Below are positions 49,317-59,821 of a stretch of 64,000 bases of DNA, piece after piece; the first letter of the stretch is position 1, and each line of letters starts with the position of its first letter. A program made the position numbers and the translations under genes. The DNA is from Sedimentisphaerales bacterium (lineage in GTDB: Bacteria > Planctomycetota > Phycisphaerae > Sedimentisphaerales > UBA12454). Location: NCBI GenBank assembly GCA_049518795.1, contig JBEKRK010000001.1, forward strand, positions 583,506 through 647,505. The letters run 5' to 3'. The notes below the pieces were generated by a model that was given only the letters and a program-made list of their open reading frames with translations, was not told the DNA's origin and searched no databases.

Positions 49317-50048
49317 ATGGACGAAAAAAAAGAGCAAAATTTCGTTGAAATGACCCTTGGCGACCATCTTGAAGAGTTGCGGTTAAGGATTATTTTCGCC
49401 CTGCTTGGAATCGGCGTCGGCCTAGCAATTTGTTTATTCTACGCAGGCTTTTTCCTTTCGCTCCTGGCAAAACCATATCTTGAGCAGGCAGGTTCAGCCG
49501 CGACGCTTCAGGCAATTACACTATCGGAAAAATTCTTTGTTTATATGAAGACGGCTCTTCTTTTCGGCATTATCCTTTCTTCGCCGTGGGTCTTTTATCA
49601 ATTATGGAAATTCGTCTCGGCAGGTCTATACAAAAACGAAAAAAAGTTTATTTACATAATAGCGCCTGTCTGCGCCTTACTGTTTATAATCGGGGCATTG
49701 TTTTTCCTGTTTGTTATGGCACCGGTTATGATAAAATTTTTCATCGATTTCGACCCCGGCATAAAATCGATTAAGACACAGGTTACGCTTTCCAGCTATA
49801 TTGATTTTATGCTGGTTATGATGTTGATTTTCGGCGCCTGTTTTCAATTGCCCGTCGCTATCGTCGCGGCCAACAGGATAGGAATCCTCCCAGTTGAAAC
49901 TCTCAAAAAAGCCCGAAGGTATGTCTTGCTTGCGATATTTATCATAGCCGCAATTGTTACGCCTACTACTGATGTAGTAACTCAGACCGCATTAGCTGTG
50001 CCGATGTATATATTATATGAGTTAGGAATCCTCTTCTGCCGCAGATAG
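49317..50048 (+). CDS. tatC: Twin-arginine translocase subunit TatC
   Basis: MTLGDHLEELRLRI, YQLWKFVSAGLY..EKK, ARRY and TPTTD...LAVPMYILYELGI. Confidence 0.95.
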   Translation: MDEKKEQNFVEMTLGDHLEELRLRIIFALLGIGVGLAICLFYAGFFLSLLAKPYLEQAGSAATLQAITLSEKFFVYMKTALLFGIILSSPWVFYQLWKFVSAGLYKNEKKFIYIIAPVCALLFIIGALFFLFVMAPVMIKFFIDFDPGIKSIKTQVTLSSYIDFMLVMMLIFGACFQLPVAIVAANRIGILPVETLKKARRYVLLAIFIIAAIVTPTTDVVTQTALAVPMYILYELGILFCRR

Positions 50049-50071
50049 AGACTGTCATTTACACAAGAACT

Positions 50072-51193
50072 TTAATCCGTCTTATGCTTTTTAGTTTCAA
50101 TCGCTTCCGTATAAATTTTCAGCAGATTTTCGACCATTGAGCTTACGGAATGGCTTGTGCGGAGATAATTCTGCGCGGCAGAGGCAAGAGATTTTGCCTT
50201 TTCACGGTCGTCAAGAAGTTTTTGAAGTGCTGAACAAATGCTTAATTCATCTCTTTTATCAAAAAGAATGGCTGTTATGTTATCCTGCAGCAAACCGTCC
50301 GCATTCCCCTTATCGGCGGCAATTGCTGCTCCTGCACCGGCTGCTTCGAATATTGCAGGGTCAAACCTTTCTAAAACATTGGGCTGGACGAAAACATCAA
50401 CATTGCGGAACACTGCACGCAATTGTCCTATCTGAGATGAAATATTTACGACATCAGACAAACCCACACTTTGAACAAATTTACGAACTTCGCACTGAGC
50501 AGGGCCTTCGCCCATTAAAACAACAAGAAATTCATAACCGTTAATTGAAAGATGCCTGATGGCATTTAAAAATGGCTCCAAATCGCCAAAACGCAAAAAA
50601 TCCGAAACTGCAATCAGACTGGGAATCCTGCCCGGCTGCGAAAAACAAACACAGGTCTCATCAACGAATATGCCGGTATTAACCTGTTTAACACGCTCTG
50701 CTATGTGAGAATTGCGTTTCTTAAATAACTCGGCAATTCTCTCCGTAGGTGCAATAACAGCGGAAAAACCCTTGCGTATCGTCCAGCGTCTCCAAAAACT
50801 TTGTCTTGCAGAATTGACCGTCAAAACAACAGGAATATTAAAAGAACGACTGACAGCTCTGGCAAGCAGCATTCTGCCGGTGCCAAGACAATGTATCATC
50901 GTGGGTTGAAATTTGTCAATCTGTGAAATGAGCCGATAGCGATTCTGTCTGTAAAATAAGGGGAATTGCCACGAAGGATATTCTATTATTTCTATACCCG
51001 GCCAAAGAAAAGATTCAATTCTGCTGTCAGGAGGAACTACGACACAGCAATGAATATCCTGAGCCTCAAAACCAAAAAGCAAATGACGCAGCGGCTCATA
51101 AAACTGCTGAACTGTTTGGCTGTCTGCAATAAACAGCAGACGAATAACGCCTGTCTGTGGCTCTTTCGGAATTGTTAATTCATTTTGCTCCAT
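50072..51193 (-). CDS. Glycosyltransferase family 4-like (divergent)
   Basis: GT-B-like C-terminal half: GEGP, VFVQPNVLERFDPAIFEAAGAG (E-x7-E) and DGLLQDNITAILF. Confidence 0.7.
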   Translation of the reverse strand: MEQNELTIPKEPQTGVIRLLFIADSQTVQQFYEPLRHLLFGFEAQDIHCCVVVPPDSRIESFLWPGIEIIEYPSWQFPLFYRQNRYRLISQIDKFQPTMIHCLGTGRMLLARAVSRSFNIPVVLTVNSARQSFWRRWTIRKGFSAVIAPTERIAELFKKRNSHIAERVKQVNTGIFVDETCVCFSQPGRIPSLIAVSDFLRFGDLEPFLNAIRHLSINGYEFLVVLMGEGPAQCEVRKFVQSVGLSDVVNISSQIGQLRAVFRNVDVFVQPNVLERFDPAIFEAAGAGAAIAADKGNADGLLQDNITAILFDKRDELSICSALQKLLDDREKAKSLASAAQNYLRTSHSVSSMVENLLKIYTEAIETKKHKTD

Positions 51194-51196
51194 CAG

Positions 51197-52024
51197 TTAT
51201 CTCGTAAGTTTTTCAAGTTTTTCATATTCGCCGGCCTTAATATGGTAACAGTGAGCGTCGTCAGGGAAAGAACCCTGTCTAACCTGCTCTGCATACAAAG
51301 TAATCGCTTCGATATATGCTTTTCCAATATCTGCAAAACTTTTGGAAAATTTCGGCTTATGGCCGTCGTCAAGATTCAAAATATCTGGCAGAACTAATAC
51401 CTGCCCATCACAGTCAGGACCGCTGCCGCAGCTTATGACCGGTATAGGCAATCTTTGCGTAATGATTTTAGCGACTTCCCTCGCCGTGCCTTCGAGCAAA
51501 AGCATCTTTGCACCGGCCCGGCACATCTCATCAGCAAGTTTTATAAGCTCCGCCGCATCATCGGCAGTCGTTCCTCTTGCTTTGTATTGAAGGGTTTGCG
51601 GCCTTATGCCCAAATGAGGCATTACAGCAATCCCTACATCCACAATCGCTTTTATTATCTCAATCTGTATGTCATTTGCCTCAATCTTTACAATATCGGC
51701 ATTACATTCTTTAACGAATCTTTGAGAATCTTTTATTATCCGCTCTGTGCCGGCCTGAAAAGACTCATAAGGTAAATCTGCGACAATCAGCTTGTCAGGA
51801 GCAGCCTTTTTAACTGCAGAAGTTATGGCAGCCATAAAGTCCATAGTTGCCGGCAGGGTTGAGTCGAAACCAAGCATTAACTGCGCAGCAGAATCGCCTA
51901 TAAACAGAACCTCCACGCCGGCAGCGGCAACGAGCTTCGCACTTGTATAATCGTAACAGCTCACCGCGACAAATTTTCGCTTTTCAGCTTTTGCCTGACA
52001 TAATATCGCAATTGTAATTTTCAT
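51197..52024 (-). CDS. panB: 3-methyl-2-oxobutanoate hydroxymethyltransferase
   Basis: CYDYTSA, FIGDS, VADLPY, VKIE, MPHLG, LLLEG and CDGQVLV. Confidence 0.95.
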   Translation of the reverse strand: MKITIAILCQAKAEKRKFVAVSCYDYTSAKLVAAAGVEVLFIGDSAAQLMLGFDSTLPATMDFMAAITSAVKKAAPDKLIVADLPYESFQAGTERIIKDSQRFVKECNADIVKIEANDIQIEIIKAIVDVGIAVMPHLGIRPQTLQYKARGTTADDAAELIKLADEMCRAGAKMLLLEGTAREVAKIITQRLPIPVISCGSGPDCDGQVLVLPDILNLDDGHKPKFSKSFADIGKAYIEAITLYAEQVRQGSFPDDAHCYHIKAGEYEKLEKLTR

Positions 52025-52456
52025 ATCTGGCTGTTAGAAATAAGGATATGTAAGAATTGACCAATTGGCAAGCAGATTCTCGCGGCCTTACAATTCCAAA
52101 CAGGCTCTCAATAAACTGCCTATTCATCTAAAACAACTACAAGAAAATACTTGATTTCCCTACTTAAATTGCAATAATTGACTATGGAGAATCACAGCAA
52201 AATAGTCTTAGTTATTTGGTATATTGATCTTTTCATCACCCTCCTCCGAAGCCAGATTCTCTATATCTTAGAGGTCTGGCTTTCTTGATAAATTCTAATG
52301 TTAGTTTAGAAAACACAGGTATTTAAGGCAATTATCATCTATCAATTTGCAACTAATAAAAGACAATAAAAATCTTTAATCAATAATTTTTTTTAAAACA
52401 ATATTGTAATTTATTGTTTTTTGGCTACAATTTCGTATATTTTTAAAGGAAAAGAT

Positions 52457-53986
52457 ATGGCCGTAAAATTCTCCAAAGAAGTGCAATTATTAGGCGATAT
52501 GGCAAGGGCATTTGCCGAGTCACTCGACCTTGAGCTGACCCTCAAGGCCATCCTGAAATCTCTGGACACCCATGTCAAACTGCAAAAAGGGACTGTTACT
52601 TTACTCGACCCTGCAACAGAAACCATTAATATCAAAGTAGCTCACGGCCTGAGTGAAAAGTCAAAACAATTGGGCAGCTATAAAATTGGCGAAGGCATCA
52701 CCGGCACGGTCGTTCAAACAGGCAGGGAAATTGTCGTGCCGGATATTTCCAAAGACAGCAGATTCCTTCATAGAACACGTTCCAGAAAAGAAACACAGGG
52801 CAGACAAATTGCCTTTTACTGTGTGCCGATAAAACTCGAAGGCGCAACAATCGGTGCACTGAGCGTTGACAGGCAGGTTCAGAAAGGCGACGATGCAGAG
52901 GCATATCTAAGTCTTCTGAATATTATCGCGACAATGGTCGCACAGGCCGTAAAATTGAACAAGCTTGTCGAATCCGACAAAAGACAGCTCTCCGAAGAAA
53001 ATCTGAGGTTAAGACAGGAGCTAAAAGCACATTTCAATATAAACAATATGGTAGGCACAAGCAATGCAATGAAACAGGTTTATCGGCTTATTGAACAAGT
53101 GGCCGACAGTAATGCTACCGTGCTGATTCGAGGCGAAAGCGGCACAGGTAAAGATCTTGTTGCCCACGCGATACACTATAACAGCAGCAGAGCGAACAAA
53201 CCCTTTGTAAAAGTAAACTGCACCGCCCTGCCGGAAACCCTGCTCGAAAGTGAGCTTTTCGGCCACGAAAAAGGGTCTTTTACAGGCGCAACAGAAAGAA
53301 AAATTGGCAGATTTGAAAGAGCCAACGGCGGCACCATTTTCCTCGATGAGATAGGCGATTTTTCCATAAATCTCCAGATCAAGCTGCTGAGAATTATCCA
53401 GTTCAGAGAATTCGAACGGGTTGGCGGGACAGAAACCATAAAAGCAAATGTCCGAATCATCGTCGCTACGAATAAAAATCTTGAAGAGCAAATCAAGGAA
53501 AAACTCTTTAGAGAAGACCTTTATTACAGGATAAATGTTTTTCCGATTTACCTGCCGCCGCTGAGGGAGCGAAAAGACGATATTATGCTTCTGGCAGATT
53601 ATTTTCTCGAACAATTTTCAAGAGAAAATAACAAAAGAATTACACGCATTTCAACGCCGGCAATTGAAATGCTTACGAGCTATCACTGGCCCGGAAATGT
53701 CCGAGAGCTTGAAAACTGTATCGAACGGGCTGTTCTTCTATGTAATGACGAAGTCGTGCGTTCAGAACATCTGCCCCCATCATTGCAAATGATTAAAAAA
53801 AGTGATATGCCCTTAGGTCGGTCGCTTACCGAAATTATCGAAAACAAGGAAAAAGAAATCATTATCGATTCTCTTAAAAAACATAGCGGCCAGCAAAGAA
53901 AAGCAGCAAACGAGCTTGGTATTACGGAACGTATTCTCGGATACAAAATTAAAAAATACGGCATCTTTCCCAAAATGCTCTCGTAA
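52457..53986 (+). CDS. NifA-family sigma54-dependent activator (GAF-AAA+-Fis HTH)
   Basis: GAF (YKIGEGITG...[11 protein letters not shown]), [40 protein letters not shown] and C-terminal HTH. ATG at 52457 after AAGGA (track start 52421). Confidence 0.93.
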   Translation: MAVKFSKEVQLLGDMARAFAESLDLELTLKAILKSLDTHVKLQKGTVTLLDPATETINIKVAHGLSEKSKQLGSYKIGEGITGTVVQTGREIVVPDISKDSRFLHRTRSRKETQGRQIAFYCVPIKLEGATIGALSVDRQVQKGDDAEAYLSLLNIIATMVAQAVKLNKLVESDKRQLSEENLRLRQELKAHFNINNMVGTSNAMKQVYRLIEQVADSNATVLIRGESGTGKDLVAHAIHYNSSRANKPFVKVNCTALPETLLESELFGHEKGSFTGATERKIGRFERANGGTIFLDEIGDFSINLQIKLLRIIQFREFERVGGTETIKANVRIIVATNKNLEEQIKEKLFREDLYYRINVFPIYLPPLRERKDDIMLLADYFLEQFSRENNKRITRISTPAIEMLTSYHWPGNVRELENCIERAVLLCNDEVVRSEHLPPSLQMIKKSDMPLGRSLTEIIENKEKEIIIDSLKKHSGQQRKAANELGITERILGYKIKKYGIFPKMLS

Positions 53987-53994
53987 ATTTTAAA

Positions 53995-54036
53995 TACGAA
54001 AATGTCCACAAAAAACCATACTTATACATTATTGTA
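53995..54036. promoter_or_regulatory. Paired TACA-N4-TGTA boxes (candidate activator enhancer) upstream of the TorF operon
   Basis: TACGAAAATGTC (53995-54006) and TACATTATTGTA (54025-36), 30 bp apart. Confidence 0.65.
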
Positions 54037-54127
54037 TAAAATTAAAAAAGCGTTCATATCGTAGCCATCTCATCATAACATCTTCTTTTGCAAACATTTA
54101 TATCAAATTTATAAATTTTTAATTATC

Positions 54128-54143
54128 TGGCACGGATATTGCT
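54128..54143 (+). promoter_or_regulatory. Sigma54 (-24/-12) promoter
   Basis: TGGCAC-GGATA-TTGCT. Confidence 0.9.
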
Positions 54144-54214
54144 TTATATTATATGAGATTTATGATTTCTGTATTTAAATAAAGGATTTGTCATTTTTTT
54201 ACTGGAGGCAAAAA

Positions 54215-54997
54215 ATGAAAAAGTTCGTCATTGTATTTATGGGTTCTTTTATGATTTACTCAACTGTCCTGGCCGACGCCAATTCAGTCGTCCCGGACGA
54301 AGCAAAGGACAAAATCGCTTTCACCATTACCAGTGATTTTTACAGTAGGTATATATGGCGAGGTCAGGTGATTACTAATGGCGCTGTTTTTCAGCCGAGC
54401 ATCGGCGCCAGCTACAAGGGATGGACTGCCAATATCTGGGGTAATGTGGATATGACAGATTATCGCAATCAAAGCGGCGAATTTACCGAATACGACCTGA
54501 CACTCGATTACAGCAACAAACTCACCGAAAAAGTTGGCTATTCTATTGGAACGATTCATTATCACTTCCCGAGTTTCTCCTATACGGATACAACTGAAAT
54601 ATACTGGGGATTCAATTTTGACTTGCCGCTAAGTCCTGCCATTAAAGTATATCACGGGCTTGGTAATGAAAATGGAACTTATGTAAATTTCAGTATAGGA
54701 CATACAATCGAAAAAGTTATGACATTTACCGAAAACTGTTACTGTAATTTGCAATGGGGTGCATCGCTCGGCTGGGGTAACGGGACATATAATAGGGATT
54801 ATTGGGGCGTGAATGGGTCCCATCTGAATGATTTGGCATTTACCCTCGGTTTGCCTATATGTTTCCCGGGCGGATGGACTGTGAGTCCAAGCATTAATTA
54901 TGTAACGCTGGTTGATGGAGCGATTCGCAGCTCCGATGTTTATGCCAGGTCAAGCGACTATTTCTTTACAGGCATCCGCATCAGCAAAAGTTTTTAA
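54215..54997 (+). CDS. TorF-family putative porin (type commonly found next to glnK-amtB)
   Basis: Signal peptide; SDFYSRYIWRG, FQPSI, EYDLTLDY and terminal F. ATG at 54215 after GGAGG (track start 54188). Confidence 0.8.
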   Translation: MKKFVIVFMGSFMIYSTVLADANSVVPDEAKDKIAFTITSDFYSRYIWRGQVITNGAVFQPSIGASYKGWTANIWGNVDMTDYRNQSGEFTEYDLTLDYSNKLTEKVGYSIGTIHYHFPSFSYTDTTEIYWGFNFDLPLSPAIKVYHGLGNENGTYVNFSIGHTIEKVMTFTENCYCNLQWGASLGWGNGTYNRDYWGVNGSHLNDLAFTLGLPICFPGGWTVSPSINYVTLVDGAIRSSDVYARSSDYFFTGIRISKSF

Positions 54998-55064
54998 ATG
55001 TCTTAAACGAAAATTTGGTGAAAAAATCCAAACAAAGAAAAAATAAAAATTTGGAGAAATTATT

Positions 55065-56942
55065 ATGCCGTCTGAAAATAAAATAATCGAACCACAAATA
55101 AAGGCTACGTTAGGCCTGTTTGGCGCTACCGCAAACGCTATGGCACTGATTGCGCCCGGGGCATTCCTGTGGATTACTTATCAACTGCAAGCTGCTGCCA
55201 CATCTCCGAGCGGGGCATCGGTTTCAAGCGATATCTGGGCGGGAATCGTTGTTGCATTGGCTATCTGTTTCCTTACCGCCATTTCCTACTCGGAACTTGC
55301 AAAATTATATCCGCAAGCGGGATTTGCAAGCGTCACATATTTTGCAGAAAAAGCCTTTCTCGACAGCAAAGGTGTAAAAAGAGGAACGCCTACCTCTTTA
55401 GCCCGTATGGCGAAAATAGTTACAGGATGGGCCGCCCACCTTTTCTACTGGGTCTATCCGGGAGTTATGGTGGCTATGATGGCCAACCTTATCAGCTATC
55501 TCTACACAGCATTCACCGGACATACCTTAACAACGGTGATGCTGGTTGTGGTCAGCACTCTATTCGCGGGCATCATAGGATTCGTAGCCTATCGCGGTGT
55601 AACCGGCTCGACAAAGACCTCAATCTGGATTAACGTGATTCAGCTTGTTACGCTGGTTGTATTTACCGTTCTTGCAATCTGGTATCGCACTTCTAACCCT
55701 CAAGGTGCGACAAACTGGACATTCACCGGCGGCTGGGATGTAATCCGTCCGCATTCGCTCAACGGCATCCTGATTCAATCTACCCTTGCCATCCTGATAT
55801 TGGTTGGCTTTGAAAGCTGCACCGCCCTTGCCGCCGAGACAAAAGACCCAAAAACAACGATTCCCAAGGCCATCATTTTGTCCCTGGTGATTCAAGGATT
55901 GTTCGCGTATCTGCTGGAGTATTTCGGTGCCGGCTTTATGATTAACGATAAACTGGCCGGCACGGCCGCCGGACAACCGGTAACCGGAATGGCCGCCGCA
56001 GCCGCTTCAAGTGCACCTATCGGAGACCTTGCTCAGCTTATCGGCAACAGCATCGTGCCGGGACTTGGCTTTGGTTTGATGATAACTATGGCAATCACTG
56101 TGGCAATTGCCGTAATCGGCACAACCTTAAGCTGTATGAACACCGCTGTGCGGGTAACCTGCGGTATGGCGGAAGACCTTGAATTGCCGAAATACCTGAG
56201 TTTCATAAGCTCACACAGCACGCCTCATACGGCATTGTGGACGCTGGTAATCATTACTTCCATAATCGGCGCCATAGGCGTTCAATCCGTAGTAGGTCTT
56301 ACAGGCATCACGCTTGCCTCGAACTTCGGAACCTTTGTGCTCTACGGCCTAACCTGCGTGTGGACCATTATCGCTTTCAGGAAACGGCTTGACTTCAGCA
56401 TCTTCAAACACGGAATTATTCCGGTGCTGGGAGTAATTACCAACGTCATTATGCTTATAGCGATTATTTATCTGTATGCTATCGGAAACGCAGATTCGAA
56501 AAGAGAAGCAACGATTTGTTTCTATATCTGCGGCGGATGGGCCATTATGAGTTTCCTGTATGTCGCTGTCAGCACGGTGAGCAAAACTTATGATTTAAAG
56601 ATGATTTCAGTTGTCATTCGCCCCGAAAGACTCAACATCCTGACCGAGGTTCTTAAAGACGAAGAGCTTCTTATGGGAATGACTGTAACAAAAGTAAAAG
56701 GATTTGGCAGACAAAGAGGCCACATAGATTCGGACGACTCAAAGCCTGTATCCGATATGACATATTTTATTCCCAAAATGCGGGTTGACGTCCTGGTAAG
56801 GAGCTGGGATGTTCCGTATGCAATGGGTATTATGAGAGAAGTCTTATATACCGGCGAAGCCGGGGACGGAAAGATTTTTGTGGTTGACGCGTCAGAAGCA
56901 ATGCGAATACGCACTGGAGAAAAAGGCGTTGCCGCTATCTAA
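55065..56942 (+). CDS. APC-superfamily amino acid permease fused to a C-terminal P-II domain
   Basis: About 12 TM helices (ALIAPGA, GFESCTALAAETKDPKTTIPKA), then from about 56595 KMISVVIRPE...KGFGRQRG...PKMRVDV...TGEAGDGKIFV...MRIRTGE. Confidence 0.9.
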   Translation: MPSENKIIEPQIKATLGLFGATANAMALIAPGAFLWITYQLQAAATSPSGASVSSDIWAGIVVALAICFLTAISYSELAKLYPQAGFASVTYFAEKAFLDSKGVKRGTPTSLARMAKIVTGWAAHLFYWVYPGVMVAMMANLISYLYTAFTGHTLTTVMLVVVSTLFAGIIGFVAYRGVTGSTKTSIWINVIQLVTLVVFTVLAIWYRTSNPQGATNWTFTGGWDVIRPHSLNGILIQSTLAILILVGFESCTALAAETKDPKTTIPKAIILSLVIQGLFAYLLEYFGAGFMINDKLAGTAAGQPVTGMAAAAASSAPIGDLAQLIGNSIVPGLGFGLMITMAITVAIAVIGTTLSCMNTAVRVTCGMAEDLELPKYLSFISSHSTPHTALWTLVIITSIIGAIGVQSVVGLTGITLASNFGTFVLYGLTCVWTIIAFRKRLDFSIFKHGIIPVLGVITNVIMLIAIIYLYAIGNADSKREATICFYICGGWAIMSFLYVAVSTVSKTYDLKMISVVIRPERLNILTEVLKDEELLMGMTVTKVKGFGRQRGHIDSDDSKPVSDMTYFIPKMRVDVLVRSWDVPYAMGIMREVLYTGEAGDGKIFVVDASEAMRIRTGEKGVAAI

Positions 56943-56971
56943 ATCCGAAAGAATCGTGAAAGGAAATAAAA

Positions 56972-57313
56972 ATGAAAAAAATTGAAGCTATTGTTCGACC
57001 CGGCAAGGTCGCCAGTGTGTGTGCCGTTTTGGAAGAAATCGACTATCCCGGCCTTACAATCACCGAAGTTGAAGGACATGGAAAGCAAAAAGGTCTCGAA
57101 CAACAGGTGCGAGGCAAAACTTACAAAGTGGGTCTGCTTACCAAGGCAAGGATTGAAATAGTGGTCAAAGACAGCGATGTTGACAAGGTAATCAATGCCA
57201 TACGAGAAACAGCTTTCACCGGCAAGGTCGGCGATGGTAAGATTTTTGTTTATCCCGTTGAAAATGCGGTGAGGATACGCACCAATGAACGAAGCGAGGC
57301 AGCATTAGTATGA
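56972..57313 (+). CDS. P-II family nitrogen regulator (retains Tyr51)
   Basis: MKKIEAIVRP, GHGKQKG, RGKTY51, TGKVGDGKIFV and VRIRTNE. Confidence 0.95.
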   Translation: MKKIEAIVRPGKVASVCAVLEEIDYPGLTITEVEGHGKQKGLEQQVRGKTYKVGLLTKARIEIVVKDSDVDKVINAIRETAFTGKVGDGKIFVYPVENAVRIRTNERSEAALV

Positions 57314-57416
57314 CCAGCTCAGAACCGGCAGCATCAATACAAGAATAGCTTAAACTTATGGAATAAGATAACAAAACTACCGGATAACACAGATATAAAC
57401 AGTCGTCAGTATAGAC

Positions 57417-57476
57417 GGCACCACTTCCAAAAGTGCCTTGAGATCAGGGGCCCGATTTTTCGGGTCCCTGATTCTC
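57417..57476 (+). ncRNA. Candidate 3'-UTR sRNA / structured element, copy 1
   Basis: GGCAC-CACTTCCAAAA-GTGCC hairpin plus a roughly 15-bp hairpin; repeated at 61612-61671; first 12 nt are complementary to the amtB RBS regions. Confidence 0.6.
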
Positions 57477-57655
57477 TAATATAAATCTCAAAAATACATC
57501 AGACAAAAAACGCTAAATCAAAGCAAATCAAAACTGTTGCATTGCAGACAGGATTTTTGTATTATTACGGTTTTGAATAAACGTATAAAACAGGTGGTTT
57601 TGTTTTATGGGCAATCTTTGTCTATTCCCTGTATGTTCTCCGAAAAGAAAAAAGG

Positions 57656-59647
57656 ATGAAATCGGATTCTGATAGCAAATTAACTTTTACTGAAACAGTT
57701 ACCAGAAAAATATTTGGCGCTCCTCGCGACATTCAGGACCCTCGCATTTTCCACAAATTATCTCTTATCCCCCTGCTTGCCTGGATAGGATTAGGCGCAG
57801 ACGGACTTTCCTCGTCATCTTATGGCCCGGAAGAAGCGTTCAGAGCATTGGGTTCTCATGTGTATTTATCTTTATTTCTTGCCATAGCGACTGCCCTGAC
57901 CGTAGCGATAATTTCTTACGCATATTCAAGAATTATTGAGCATTTTCCGCACGGGGGCGGCGGCTATATAGTTGCAACCCACATGCTCGGTAAAAAAGCA
58001 GGCGTAGTCTCCGGATGCGCATTAATTGTCGATTATATATTGACTATTACCGTTTCAATAACCTCGTGCGTTGATGCATTGTTCAGCTATCTGCCGATGG
58101 AATTCCACAGGTTTAAGATTTTGACCGCATCCGGTTTAATTATATTGCTGATAATTTTTAATATCAGAGGGGTTAAAGAATCCATAATGATGCTTGCGCC
58201 CATCTTTATTACTTTCATAATCACACATATATTGATGCTCGGCTATGGCATATTAAGCCACACTGACAGGATAATGCCGGTCGTGAATAATTTTCATAGT
58301 AGTTTTGCCAGGGACATTTCCACAATAGGCGGTATGGGCATTTTTCTTCTCTTTTTGCGTGCCTATTCACTCGGCGGCGGAACATATACCGGAATAGAGG
58401 CTGTTTCCAACGGCCTGCAAATTATGAGAGAGCCGAAAGTGCAAACCGGCAAACGAACTATGTTGTATATGGCGACATCCCTCGCCCTGACAGCAGGAGG
58501 ACTTTTTCTATGTTACCTGATTTGGGAAGTTCGGCCTCTTTCTGGAAGAACACTTAATGCAATCCTTGCCGATAGCCTTTTCGCAAATTGGCGGCTGGGT
58601 CACTGGATAGCGTTTATAACTATTTTCTCAGAAGGTGCACTTCTTCTGGTTGCCGCCCAGACAGGATTTGTTGACGCCCCGCGTGTTATGGCAAATATGG
58701 CAGTTGATTCCTGGCTGCCGCACCGATTCGCGTCTTTTTCGGAACGTCTGACAATGCGCAACGGCGTTTTAATGATAGGAATATCAGCCATTGCCATACT
58801 GTTCTATACACACGGCTCGATATCAGCGCTTGTGGTTATGTATTCGATAAACGTATTTCTTACGTTCTCGCTTTCAGAGTTCGGAATGTCGCGGTTCTTT
58901 ATAAAAAACCACAGGACAGAGGCCAAATGGAAACAGCATCTTAGCGTTCACCTTACCGGCCTTATTCTCTGTTTGACAATTCTGGTAATAACAACCTTTG
59001 AAAAATTCAGCGAAGGTGGCTGGATGACGCTTGTTATAACGTCATTCCTGATAATGCTCTGCTACCTGATTAACAGCCATTATTCAAAGGTAAAAAACGA
59101 ATTAATGCGGCTGGACAAACTGCTTGCGAGAATGCCGATATCAGGTTCGCCTAATACCGAGCCGATTAACAAAGAAAATATGACCGCAATACAGCTTGTC
59201 AGCACATACAACGGTTTTGGGGTTCATACGCTGTTTACAATTATTCGTTCCTTTCCGGGGTTATATAAAAACTTTGTGTTTGTTTCTGTTGTCGTCATAG
59301 ACCAGGGCGCATTTAAAGGCAAAGAAGGATTAGAGGATTTGAAGAAATCCACGAAGGAATCTCTCAGGAAATACGTTGAACTTGCCCGGACACTCGGGTT
59401 CCCCGCCGAATACAGAATGGCGACTGGAACTGACCTTGTGGAAACGGCAACTGAATTGGTTAAGGAAGTCTCAGAGGAATTTAACAAATCCACGATTAAA
59501 TCCACAGTTTTTTCAGGACAGCTTTCTTTCCAGCTTGAGAAATCTTATCATAGACTGCTTCACAACGAGGCGGCATTTGCCATTCAGCGGCGGCTGCAAT
59601 GGAACGGCATCGCAAATGTTATATTGCCCATAAGACTGGAAATGTAA
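57656..59647 (+). CDS. APC-family permease (YdaO/KimA-like) with cytoplasmic C-terminal domain
   Basis: GADGLSSSSYGPEEAF, FPHGGGGYIVA, YTGIEAVSNG, QTGFVDAPRV and YSINVFLTFSLS. Confidence 0.8.
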   Translation: MKSDSDSKLTFTETVTRKIFGAPRDIQDPRIFHKLSLIPLLAWIGLGADGLSSSSYGPEEAFRALGSHVYLSLFLAIATALTVAIISYAYSRIIEHFPHGGGGYIVATHMLGKKAGVVSGCALIVDYILTITVSITSCVDALFSYLPMEFHRFKILTASGLIILLIIFNIRGVKESIMMLAPIFITFIITHILMLGYGILSHTDRIMPVVNNFHSSFARDISTIGGMGIFLLFLRAYSLGGGTYTGIEAVSNGLQIMREPKVQTGKRTMLYMATSLALTAGGLFLCYLIWEVRPLSGRTLNAILADSLFANWRLGHWIAFITIFSEGALLLVAAQTGFVDAPRVMANMAVDSWLPHRFASFSERLTMRNGVLMIGISAIAILFYTHGSISALVVMYSINVFLTFSLSEFGMSRFFIKNHRTEAKWKQHLSVHLTGLILCLTILVITTFEKFSEGGWMTLVITSFLIMLCYLINSHYSKVKNELMRLDKLLARMPISGSPNTEPINKENMTAIQLVSTYNGFGVHTLFTIIRSFPGLYKNFVFVSVVVIDQGAFKGKEGLEDLKKSTKESLRKYVELARTLGFPAEYRMATGTDLVETATELVKEVSEEFNKSTIKSTVFSGQLSFQLEKSYHRLLHNEAAFAIQRRLQWNGIANVILPIRLEM

Positions 59648-59689
59648 AAAATCAATTGTTTCAATTCATTTTTACATACCCAAAATAAA

Positions 59690-59730
59690 TACAAAAATGT
59701 ATATTTTAAAGCAATATATACAAAATTGTA
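59690..59730. promoter_or_regulatory. Paired TACA-N4-TGTA boxes upstream of amtB1
   Basis: TACAAAAATGTA (59690-701) and TACAAAATTGTA (59719-30). Confidence 0.72.
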
Positions 59731-59821
59731 AAATATTAATAAATAAATTTTTAAATTCTTTCCTTCCTTAACTTCCTTTAAAAACAACAGGTTATAACGA
59801 TTTTTTAAAAAATAAATAAAT

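Noticed and set aside
52457-53986. Calling the activator nifA and inferring nitrogen fixation
   Set aside because: No nif structural genes are in the window and no TGT-N10-ACA sites were seen; only the domain architecture is NifA-like.
57417-57476. Known glutamine riboswitch (glnA motif) or simple intrinsic terminator
   Set aside because: Lacks the ATCGTTCA...GGAAGTAGG...GGAACGC pattern, has no U-tract after the long stem, and a terminator would not explain the invariant 21-mer.
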